From Azolla caroliniana (Eukaryota; Plantae; Polypodiophyta), in assembly GCA_043228905.1 (NCBI GenBank), contig JBHGNT010000024.1, positions 186,001 to 250,000 of the forward strand: DNA of 64,000 nt, in the 5' to 3' direction. This document shows positions 52,867 to 64,000 of the stretch, piece by piece; within the stretch, counting starts at the first letter, position 1, and each line of letters begins with the position of its first letter. Both the position numbers and the translations under genes were made by a program. The notes beneath the pieces are model-generated. The model worked only from the letters and a program-made list of their open reading frames with translations, was not told the origin of the DNA and searched no databases.

Positions 52867-54660
52867 AAAAATCCAAGAATTTGAAACTCAGGTCGAGAGA
52901 TGTGACGAAATTACCAAATTTGAGGAGTGATTTGAGAGGAGCCCTTGAGTAAATTAAAATGTTCATATCGGGCTCGTGTGATATCGGATTTTTGTGTTCA
53001 AACATGCAAATCGAAGCTAACAACGCTACCTATGATATGGAATTAAAAAATCAAGATTCTAAAACTCAGGTCGAGAGACATGACGAAAATAGCAAACTTG
53101 AGGAGGGAGTTGAGAGGAGCCCTTGAGTAAATTAAAATGTTCATACCTGGCTCGTGTGATATCGGATTTTTGTGTTCAAACATGCAAATCGAAGCTAGCA
53201 ACGCTAGCTATGATATGGAATTAAAAAATCAAGATTTTAAAACTCAGGTCGAGAGACATGATGAAAATAGCAAACTTGAGGAGGGAGTTGAGAGGAGCCC
53301 TTGAGTAAATTAAAATGTTCATACCTGGCTCGTGTGATATCGGATTTTTGTGTTCAAACATGCAAATCGAAGCTAGCAACGCTACCTATGATATGAAATT
53401 AAAAAATCAAGATTTTAAAACGCAAGTCCAGAGACATGACGAAATTACCAAATTTGAGGAGTGAGCTGAGAAGAGCCCTTGAGTAAATTAAAATGTTCAT
53501 ACCTGGCTCGTGTCATATCGTATTTTTGTGTTCAAACATGCGAATCGAAGCTAACAACGCTAGCTATGAGATGGAATTAAAAAATCAAGATTTTGAAACT
53601 CAAGTCGAGAGACATGACGAAAATAGCAAACTTGATGAGGGAGTTGAGAGGAGCCCTTCAGTAAATTAAAATGTTCATACCTGGCTCGTGTGATATCGGA
53701 TTTTTGTGTTCAAACATGCAAATCGAAGCTAGCAACGCTAGCTATGATATGGAATTAAAAAATCAAGATTTTGAAACTCAGGTCGAGAGACATGACGAAA
53801 TTACCAAATTTGAGGAGTGAGCTGAGAAGAGCCCTTGAGTAAATTAAAATGTTCATACCTGGCTCGTATCATATCGTATTTTTGTGTTCAAACATGCGAA
53901 TCGAAGCTAACAACGCTAGCTATGATATGGAATTAAAAATCCAAGAATTTGAAACTCAGGTCGAGAGATGTGACGAAATTACCAAATTTGAGGAGTGATT
54001 TGAGAGGAGCCCTTGAGTAAATTAAAATGTTCATATCGGGCTCGTGTGATATCGGATTTTTGTGTTCAAACATGCAAATCGAAGCTAACAACGCTACCTA
54101 TGATATGGAATTAAAAAATCAAGATTCTAAAACTCAGGTCGAGAGACATGACGAAAATAGCAAACTTGAGGAGGGAGTTGAGAGGAGCCCTTGAGTAAAT
54201 TAAAATGTTCATACCTGGCTCGTGTGATATCGGATTTTTGTGTTCAAACATGCAAATCGAAGCTAGCAACGCTAGCTATGATATGGAATTAAAAAATCAA
54301 GATTTTAAAACTCAGGTCGAGAGACATGATGAAAATAGCAAACTTGAGGAGGGAGTTGAGAGGAGCCCTTGAGTAAATTAAAATGTTCATACCTGGCTCG
54401 TGTGATATCGGATTTTTGTGTTCAAACATGCAAATCGAAGCTAGCAACGCTACCTATGATATGAAATTAAAAAATCAAGATTTTAAAACGCAAGTCCAGA
54501 GACATGACGAAATTACCAAATTTGAGGAGTGAGCTGAGAAGAGCCCTTGAGTAAATTAAAATGTTCATACCTGGCTCGTGTCATATCGTATTTTTGTGTT
54601 CAAACATGCGAATCGAAGCTAACAACGCTAGCTATGAGATGGAATTAAAAAATCAAGATT
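52867..54660. repeat. 6-monomer-period (1068 bp) partial tandem duplication
   Basis: AAAATCCAAGAATTT, GATTCTAAAA, CATGATGAAAA and CATATCGTATT recur at a 1068 offset. Confidence 0.8.
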
Positions 54661-55134
54661 TTGAAACTCAGGTCGAGAGACATGACGAAATTACCAAATT
54701 TGAGGAGTGAGCTGAGAAGAGCCCTTGAGTAAATTAAAATGTTCATACCTGGCTCGTGTCATATCGTATTTTTGTGTTCAAACATGCGAATCGAAGCTAA
54801 CAACGCTAGCTATGAGATGGAATTAAAAAATCAAGATTTTGAAACTCAGGTCGAGAGACATGACGAAAATAGCAAACTTGATGAGGGAGTTGAGAGGAGC
54901 CCTTGAGTAAATTAAAATGTTCATACCTGGCTCGTGTGATATCGGATTTTTGTGTTCAAACATGCAAATCGAAGCTAGCAACGCTAACAACGCTAGCTAT
55001 GAGATGGAATTAAAAAATCAAGATTTTGAAACTCAGGTCGAGAGACATGACGAAAATAGCAAACTTGAGGAAGGAGTTGAGAAGAGCTAGTAGGTAAATT
55101 AAAATGTTCATACCTGGCTCGTGTGATATCGGAT

Positions 55135-58100
55135 TTTTGTGTTCAAACATGCGAATCGAAGCTAACAACGCTAGCTATGAGATGGAATTAAAAAATCAAG
55201 ATTTTGAAACTCAGGTCGAGAGACATGACGAAAATAGCAAACTTGATGAGGGAGTTGAGAGGAGCCCTTGAGTAAATTAAAATGTTCATACCTGGCTCGT
55301 GTGATATCGGATTTTTGTGTTCAAACATGCAAATCGAAGCTAGCAACGCTAGCTATGATATGGAATTAAAAAATCAAGATTTTGAAACTCAGGTCGAGAG
55401 ACATGACGAAAATAGCAAACTTGAGGAGGGAGTTGAGAGGAGCCCTTGAGTTAATTAAAATGTTCATACCTGGCTCGTGTGGTAACGGATTTTTGTGTTC
55501 AAACATGCAAATCGAAGCTAACAATGCTAGCTATGATATGGAATTAAAAAATCAAGATTTTGAAACTCAGGTCGAGAGACATGACGAAAATAGCAAACTT
55601 GAGGACGGAGTTGAGAGGAGCCCTTGAGTAAATTAAAATGTTCATACCTGGCTCGTGTGATATCGGATTTTTGTGTTCAAACATGCAAATTGAAGCTGGC
55701 GACGCTACCTATGATATGGAATTAAAAAATCAAGATTTTGAAACTCAGGTCGAGAGACATAACGAAAATAGCAAACTTGAGGAGGGAGTTGAGAGGAGCC
55801 CTTGAGTAAATTAAAATGTTCATACCTGGCTCTTGTGATATCGGATTATTGTGTTCAAACATGCGAATCGAAGCTAACAACGCTAGCTATGATATGGAAT
55901 TTAAAAATCAAGATTTTAAAAGTCAAGTCCAGAGACATGACCACAATAGCAAACCTGAGGAGGGAGTTGAGAGGAGCCCTTGAGTAAATTAAAATGTTCA
56001 TACCTGGCTCGTGTGATATCGGACTTTTGTGTTCAAACATGCGAATCGAAGCTAGCAACGCTAGCTATGATATGAAATTAAAAAATCAAGAATTTGAAAC
56101 TCAGGTCGAGAGATGTGACGAAATTACCAAATTTGAGGAATGATTTGAGAGGAGCCCTTGAGTAAATTAAAATGTTCATATCGGGCTCGTGTGATATCGG
56201 ATTTTTGTGTTCAAACATGCAAATCGAAGCTAACAACGCTACCTATGATATGGAATTAAAAAATCAAGATTTTAAAACTCAAGTCCAGAGACATGACGAA
56301 ATTAGCAAACTTGAGGAGTGAGTTGAGAAGAGGTAGTAGGTAAATTAAAATGTTCATACCTGGCTCGTGTCATATCGGTTTTTGTGTTCAAACATGCCAA
56401 TCGAAGCTAACAACGCTCGCTATGATATGGAATTAAAAAATCAAGACTTTGAAACTCAGGTCGAGAGACATGACGAAATTACCAAATTGGAGGAGTGAGT
56501 TGAGAAGAGGTAGTAGGTAAATTAAAAGGTTCATACCTGGCTCGTGTGATATCGGATTTTTGTGTCCAAACATGCAAATGGAAGCTAACAACGCTAGGTA
56601 TGATGTGGAATTAAAAAATCAAGATTTTGAAACTCAGGTCGAGAGACATGACGAAAATAGCAAACTTGAGGAAGGAGTTGAGAGGAGCCCTTGAGTAAAT
56701 TAAAATGTTCATACCTGGCTCGTGTGATATCGGATTTTTGTGTTCAAACATGCAAATGGAAGCTAACAACGCTAGCTATGATGTGGAATTAATAAATCAA
56801 GCTTTTGAAACTCAAGTCCAGAGACATGACGAAATTACCAATTTTGAGGAGTGAGTTGAGAAGAGCTAGTAGGTAAATTAAAATGCTCATACCTGGCTCG
56901 TGTCATATCGGATTTATCTGTACAAATATGCGAATCGAAGCTAACAACGCTAGCTATGAGATGGAATTAAAAAATCAAGATTTTGAAACTCAGGTCGAGA
57001 GACATGACGAAAATAGCAAACTTGAGGAAGGAGTTGAGAAGAGCTAGTAGGTAAATTAAAATGTTCATACCTGGCTCGTGTGATATCGGATTTTTGTGTT
57101 CAAACATGCAAATCGAAGCTAACAACGCTAGCTATGATATGGAATTAAAAATCCAAGAATTTGAAACTCAGGTCGAGAGATGTGACGAAATTACCAAATT
57201 TGAGGAGTGATTTGAGAGGAGCCCTTGAGTAAATTAAAATGTTCATATCGGGCTCGTGTGATATCGGATTTTTGTGTTCAAACATGCAAATCGAAGCTAA
57301 CAACGCTACCTATGATATGGAATTAAAAAATCAAGATTCTAAAACTCAGGTCGAGAGACATGACGAAAATAGCAAACTTGAGGAGGGAGTTGAGAGGAGC
57401 CCTTGAGTAAATTAAAATGTTCATACCTGGCTCGTGTGATATCGGATTTTTGTGTTCAAACATGCAAATCGAAGCTAGCAACGCTACCTATGATATGAAA
57501 TTAAAAAATCAAGATTTTAAAACGCAAGTCCAGAGACATGACGAAATTACCAAATTTGAGGAGTGAGCTGAGAAGAGCCCTTGAGTAAATTAAAATGTTC
57601 ATACCTGGCTCGTGTCATATCGTATTTTTGTGTTCAAACATGCGAATCGAAGCTAACAACGCTAGCTATGAGATGGAATTAAAAAATCAAGATTTTGAAA
57701 CTCAAGTCGAGAGACATGACGAAAATAGCAAACTTGATGAGGGAGTTGAGAGGAGCCCTTGAGTAAATTAAAATGTTCATACCTGGCTCGTGTGATATCG
57801 GATTTTTGTGTTCAAACATGCAAATCGAAGCTAGCAACGCTAGCTATGATATGGAATTAAAAAATCAAGATTTTGAAACTCAGGTCGAGAGACATGACGA
57901 AATTACCAAATTTGAGGAGTGAGCTGAGAAGAGCCCTTGAGTAAATTAAAATGTTCATACCTGGCTCGTGTCATATCGTATTTTTGTGTTCAAACATGCG
58001 AATCGAAGCTAACAACGCTAGCTATGAGATGGAATTAAAAAATCAAGATTTTGAAACTCAGGTCGAGAGACATGACGAAAATAGCAAACTTGATGAGGGA

Positions 58101-61100
58101 GTTGAGAGGAGCCCTTGAGTAAATTAAAATGTTCATACCTGGCTCGTGTGATATCGGATTTTTGTGTTCAAACATGCAAATCGAAGCTAGCAACGCTAGC
58201 TATGATATGGAATTAAAAAATCAAGATTTTGAAACTCAGGTCGAGAGACATGACGAAAATAGCAAACTTGAGGAGGGAGTTGAGAGGAGCCCTTGAGTTA
58301 ATTAAAATGTTCATACCTGGCTCGTGTGGTAACGGATTTTTGTGTTCAAACATGCAAATCGAAGCTAACAATGCTAGCTATGATATGGAATTAAAAAATC
58401 AAGATTTTGAAACTCAGGTCGAGAGACATGACGAAAATAGCAAACTTGAGGACGGAGTTGAGAGGAGCCCTTGAGTAAATTAAAATGTTCATACCTGGCT
58501 CGTGTGATATCGGATTTTTGTGTTCAAACATGCAAATTGAAGCTGGCGACGCTACCTATGATATGGAATTAAAAAATCAAGATTTTGAAACTCAGGTCGA
58601 GAGACATAACGAAAATAGCAAACTTGAGGAGGGAGTTGAGAGGAGCCCTTGAGTAAATTAAAATGTTCATACCTGGCTCTTGTGATATCGGATTATTGTG
58701 TTCAAACATGCGAATCGAAGCTAACAACGCTAGCTATGATATGGAATTTAAAAATCAAGATTTTAAAAGTCAAGTCCAGAGACATGACCACAATAGCAAA
58801 CCTGAGGAGGGAGTTGAGAGGAGCCCTTGAGTAAATTAAAATGTTCATACCTGGCTCGTGTGATATCGGACTTTTGTGTTCAAACATGCGAATCGAAGCT
58901 AGCAACGCTAGCTATGATATGAAATTAAAAAATCAAGAATTTGAAACTCAGGTCGAGAGATGTGACGAAATTACCAAATTTGAGGAATGATTTGAGAGGA
59001 GCCCTTGAGTAAATTAAAATGTTCATATCGGGCTCGTGTGATATCGGATTTTTGTGTTCAAACATGCAAATCGAAGCTAACAACGCTACCTATGATATGG
59101 AATTAAAAAATCAAGATTTTAAAACTCAAGTCCAGAGACATGACGAAATTAGCAAACTTGAGGAGTGAGTTGAGAAGAGGTAGTAGGTAAATTAAAATGT
59201 TCATACCTGGCTCGTGTCATATCGGTTTTTGTGTTCAAACATGCCAATCGAAGCTAACAACGCTCGCTATGATATGGAATTAAAAAATCAAGACTTTGAA
59301 ACTCAGGTCGAGAGACATGACGAAATTACCAAATTGGAGGAGTGAGTTGAGAAGAGGTAGTAGGTAAATTAAAAGGTTCATACCTGGCTCGTGTGATATC
59401 GGATTTTTGTGTCCAAACATGCAAATGGAAGCTAACAACGCTAGGTATGATGTGGAATTAAAAAATCAAGATTTTGAAACTCAGGTCGAGAGACATGACG
59501 AAAATAGCAAACTTGAGGAAGGAGTTGAGAGGAGCCCTTGAGTAAATTAAAATGTTCATACCTGGCTCGTGTGATATCGGATTTTTGTGTTCAAACATGC
59601 AAATGGAAGCTAACAACGCTAGCTATGATGTGGAATTAATAAATCAAGCTTTTGAAACTCAAGTCCAGAGACATGACGAAATTACCAATTTTGAGGAGTG
59701 AGTTGAGAAGAGCTAGTAGGTAAATTAAAATGCTCATACCTGGCTCGTGTCATATCGGATTTATCTGTACAAATATGCGAATCGAAGCTAACAACGCTAG
59801 CTATGAGATGGAATTAAAAAATCAAGATTTTGAAACTCAGGTCGAGAGACATGACGAAAATAGCAAACTTGAGGAAGGAGTTGAGAAGAGCTAGTAGGTA
59901 AATTAAAATGTTCATACCTGGCTCGTGTGATATCGGATTTTTGTGTTCAAACATGCAAATCGAAGCTAGCAACGCTAGCTATGATATGGAATTAAAAAAT
60001 CAAGATTTTGAAACTCAGGTCGAGAGACATGACGAAAATAGCAAACTTGAGGAGGGAGTTGAGAGGAGCCCTTGAGTTAATTAAAATGTTCATACCTGGC
60101 TCGTGTGGTAACGGATTTTTGTGTTCAAACATGCAAATCGAAGCTAACAATGCTAGCTATGATATGGAATTAAAAAATCAAGATTTTGAAACTCAGGTCG
60201 AGAGACATGACGAAAATAGCAAACTTGAGGACGGAGTTGAGAGGAGCCCTTGAGTAAATTAAAATGTTCATACCTGGCTCGTGTGATATCGGATTTTTGT
60301 GTTCAAACATGCAAATTGAAGCTGGCGACGCTACCTATGATATGGAATTAAAAAATCAAGATTTTGAAACTCAGGTCGAGAGACATAACGAAAATAGCAA
60401 ACTTGAGGAGGGAGTTGAGAGGAGCCCTTGAGTAAATTAAAATGTTCATACCTGGCTCTTGTGATATCGGATTATTGTGTTCAAACATGCGAATCGAAGC
60501 TAACAACGCTAGCTATGATATGGAATTTAAAAATCAAGATTTTAAAAGTCAAGTCCAGAGACATGACCACAATAGCAAACCTGAGGAGGGAGTTGAGAGG
60601 AGCCCTTGAGTAAATTAAAATGTTCATACCTGGCTCGTGTGATATCGGACTTTTGTGTTCAAACATGCGAATCGAAGCTAGCAACGCTAGCTATGATATG
60701 AAATTAAAAAATCAAGAATTTGAAACTCAGGTCGAGAGATGTGACGAAATTACCAAATTTGAGGAATGATTTGAGAGGAGCCCTTGAGTAAATTAAAATG
60801 TTCATATCGGGCTCGTGTGATATCGGATTTTTGTGTTCAAACATGCAAATCGAAGCTAACAACGCTACCTATGATATGGAATTAAAAAATCAAGATTTTA
60901 AAACTCAAGTCCAGAGACATGACGAAATTAGCAAACTTGAGGAGTGAGTTGAGAAGAGGTAGTAGGTAAATTAAAATGTTCATACCTGGCTCGTGTCATA
61001 TCGGTTTTTGTGTTCAAACATGCCAATCGAAGCTAACAACGCTCGCTATGATATGGAATTAAAAAATCAAGACTTTGAAACTCAGGTCGAGAGACATGAC

Positions 61101-64000
61101 GAAATTACCAAATTGGAGGAGTGAGTTGAGAAGAGGTAGTAGGTAAATTAAAAGGTTCATACCTGGCTCGTGTGATATCGGATTTTTGTGTCCAAACATG
61201 CAAATGGAAGCTAACAACGCTAGGTATGATGTGGAATTAAAAAATCAAGATTTTGAAACTCAGGTCGAGAGACATGACGAAAATAGCAAACTTGAGGAAG
61301 GAGTTGAGAGGAGCCCTTGAGTAAATTAAAATGTTCATACCTGGCTCGTGTGATATCGGATTTTTGTGTTCAAACATGCAAATGGAAGCTAACAACGCTA
61401 GCTATGATGTGGAATTAATAAATCAAGCTTTTGAAACTCAAGTCCAGAGACATGACGAAATTACCAATTTTGAGGAGTGAGTTGAGAAGAGCTAGTAGGT
61501 AAATTAAAATGCTCATACCTGGCTCGTGTCATATCGGATTTATCTGTACAAATATGCGAATCGAAGCTAACAACGCTAGCTATGAGATGGAATTAAAAAA
61601 TCAAGATTTTGAAACTCAGGTCGAGAGACATGACGAAAATAGCAAACTTGAGGAAGGAGTTGAGAAGAGCTAGTAGGTAAATTAAAATGTTCATACCTGG
61701 CTCGTGTGATATCGGATTTTTGTGTTCAAACATGCAAATCGAAGCTAACAACGCTAGCTATGATATGGAATTAAAAATCCAAGAATTTGAAACTCAGGTC
61801 GAGAGATGTGACGAAATTACCAAATTTGAGGAGTGATTTGAGAGGAGCCCTTGAGTAAATTAAAATGTTCATATCGGGCTCGTGTGATATCGGATTTTTG
61901 TGTTCAAACATGCAAATCGAAGCTAACAACGCTACCTATGATATGGAATTAAAAAATCAAGATTCTAAAACTCAGGTCGAGAGACATGACGAAAATAGCA
62001 AACTTGAGGAGGGAGTTGAGAGGAGCCCTTGAGTAAATTAAAATGTTCATACCTGGCTCGTGTGATATCGGATTTTTGTGTTCAAACATGCAAATCGAAG
62101 CTAGCAACGCTACCTATGATATGAAATTAAAAAATCAAGATTTTAAAACGCAAGTCCAGAGACATGACGAAATTACCAAATTTGAGGAGTGAGCTGAGAA
62201 GAGCCCTTGAGTAAATTAAAATGTTCATACCTGGCTCGTGTCATATCGTATTTTTGTGTTCAAACATGCGAATCGAAGCTAACAACGCTAGCTATGAGAT
62301 GGAATTAAAAAATCAAGATTTTGAAACTCAAGTCGAGAGACATGACGAAAATAGCAAACTTGATGAGGGAGTTGAGAGGAGCCCTTGAGTAAATTAAAAT
62401 GTTCATACCTGGCTCGTGTGATATCGGATTTTTGTGTTCAAACATGCAAATCGAAGCTAGCAACGCTAGCTATGATATGGAATTAAAAAATCAAGATTTT
62501 GAAACTCAGGTCGAGAGACATGACGAAATTACCAAATTTGAGGAGTGAGCTGAGAAGAGCCCTTGAGTAAATTAAAATGTTCATACCTGGCTCGTGTCAT
62601 ATCGTATTTTTGTGTTCAAACATGCGAATCGAAGCTAACAACGCTAGCTATGAGATGGAATTAAAAAATCAAGATTTTGAAACTCAGGTCGAGAGACATG
62701 ACGAAAATAGCAAACTTGATGAGGGAGTTGAGAGGAGCCCTTGAGTAAATTAAAATGTTCATACCTGGCTCGTGTGATATCGGATTTTTGTGTTCAAACA
62801 TGCAAATCGAAGCTAGCAACGCTAGCTATGATATGGAATTAAAAAATCAAGATTTTGAAACTCAGGTCGAGAGACATGACGAAAATAGCAAACTTGAGGA
62901 GGGAGTTGAGAGGAGCCCTTGAGTTAATTAAAATGTTCATACCTGGCTCGTGTGGTAACGGATTTTTGTGTTCAAACATGCAAATCGAAGCTAACAATGC
63001 TAGCTATGATATGGAATTAAAAAATCAAGATTTTGAAACTCAGGTCGAGAGACATGACGAAAATAGCAAACTTGAGGACGGAGTTGAGAGGAGCCCTTGA
63101 GTAAATTAAAATGTTCATACCTGGCTCGTGTGATATCGGATTTTTGTGTTCAAACATGCAAATTGAAGCTGGCGACGCTACCTATGATATGGAATTAAAA
63201 AATCAAGATTTTGAAACTCAGGTCGAGAGACATAACGAAAATAGCAAACTTGAGGAGGGAGTTGAGAGGAGCCCTTGAGTAAATTAAAATGTTCATACCT
63301 GGCTCTTGTGATATCGGATTATTGTGTTCAAACATGCGAATCGAAGCTAACAACGCTAGCTATGATATGGAATTTAAAAATCAAGATTTTAAAAGTCAAG
63401 TCCAGAGACATGACCACAATAGCAAACCTGAGGAGGGAGTTGAGAGGAGCCCTTGAGTAAATTAAAATGTTCATACCTGGCTCGTGTGATATCGGACTTT
63501 TGTGTTCAAACATGCGAATCGAAGCTAGCAACGCTAGCTATGATATGAAATTAAAAAATCAAGAATTTGAAACTCAGGTCGAGAGATGTGACGAAATTAC
63601 CAAATTTGAGGAATGATTTGAGAGGAGCCCTTGAGTAAATTAAAATGTTCATATCGGGCTCGTGTGATATCGGATTTTTGTGTTCAAACATGCAAATCGA
63701 AGCTAACAACGCTACCTATGATATGGAATTAAAAAATCAAGATTTTAAAACTCAAGTCCAGAGACATGACGAAATTAGCAAACTTGAGGAGTGAGTTGAG
63801 AAGAGGTAGTAGGTAAATTAAAATGTTCATACCTGGCTCGTGTCATATCGGTTTTTGTGTTCAAACATGCCAATCGAAGCTAACAACGCTCGCTATGATA
63901 TGGAATTAAAAAATCAAGACTTTGAAACTCAGGTCGAGAGACATGACGAAATTACCAAATTGGAGGAGTGAGTTGAGAAGAGGTAGTAGGTAAATTAAAA
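55135..64000. repeat. Homogeneous HOR domain: 16-mer (2847 bp), 10-mer (1779 bp), 16-mer (2847 bp), then a partial unit
   Basis: ORF starts at 55382, 58229, 60008, 62855 give 2847 (=16x178-1), 1779 (=10x178-1) and 2847. Markers GGTAACGG, GAGGACGG, AAACCTGAGG, CATATCGGTTTTTG (1-bp deletion), AAAAGGTTC, CTGTACAAAT, TCAAGCTT. Confidence 0.93.

Larger units (their letters stand above)
1..64000. repeat. 178-bp tandem satellite array (~360 monomers, head-to-tail, one orientation); probable centromeric/pericentromeric satellite
   Basis: The same unit recurs every 178 bp from first to last base. ORF-track offsets are multiples of 178 (890, 1068, 1780, 3026) or differ by indels visible in the sequence. 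No non-satellite sequence seen. The centromeric role is inferred only from size and organisation. Confidence 0.99.

Noticed and set aside
3528-63531. Dozens of 60-83 aa ORFs on both strands (MKLRSRD..., MSKLKCS..., MLASIC...)
   Set aside because: All are translations of the satellite. Most begin at TTG/CTG-type starts and pass 60 aa only where a variant (e.g. GAGTTAATT, GAATTTAAAA) or indel removes a stop. No recognisable domain.
1-64000. CRISPR array or other repeat-spacer system
   Set aside because: There are no unique spacers: the full 178 bp repeats. No cas or other genes.
1-64000. Identity with Arabidopsis CEN178/CEN180 or primate alpha satellite
   Set aside because: Only the length is similar. 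I see no sequence resemblance to those consensus sequences as I recall them; a database search is needed for any assignment.
1-64000. Transposon insertion, strand inversion or telomeric repeats within the array
   Set aside because: None seen. Every irregularity is explained by satellite-derived indels of at most 69 bp.

Overview
The whole 64-kb window is one uninterrupted, single-orientation, head-to-tail array of a 178-bp satellite (~360 monomers; my hand-built consensus is ~39% GC): TTGAGTAAATTAAAATGTTCATACCTGGCTCGTGTGATATCGGATTTTTGTGTTCAAACATGCGAATCGAAGCTAACAACGCTACCTATGATATGGAATTAAAAAATCAAGATTTTGAAACTCAGGTCGAGAGACATGACGAAAATAGCAAACTTGAGGAGGGAGTTGAGAGGAGCCC. Monomer size and organisation are typical of eukaryotic centromeric/pericentromeric satellite DNA. 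I do not recognise the family or species. I found no genes, RNA genes, transposons or CRISPR arrays, and all listed ORFs are by-products of the repeat. The interest lies in array architecture: (i) a patchwork of local higher-order repeats (HORs) of 5, 6, 10, 12, 14, 16, 17/20 and 39/41 monomers; (ii) out-of-register junctions that use internal microhomologies of the monomer, including a -54 bp deletion and its reciprocal +54 bp duplication; (iii) a templated-insertion scar copied 100 monomers away; (iv) several monomer subtypes with a dimorphic 6-bp box and spatial zonation. Block boundaries were set by eye from diagnostic variants and are approximate. Periods are taken from ORF-track offsets and marker positions.
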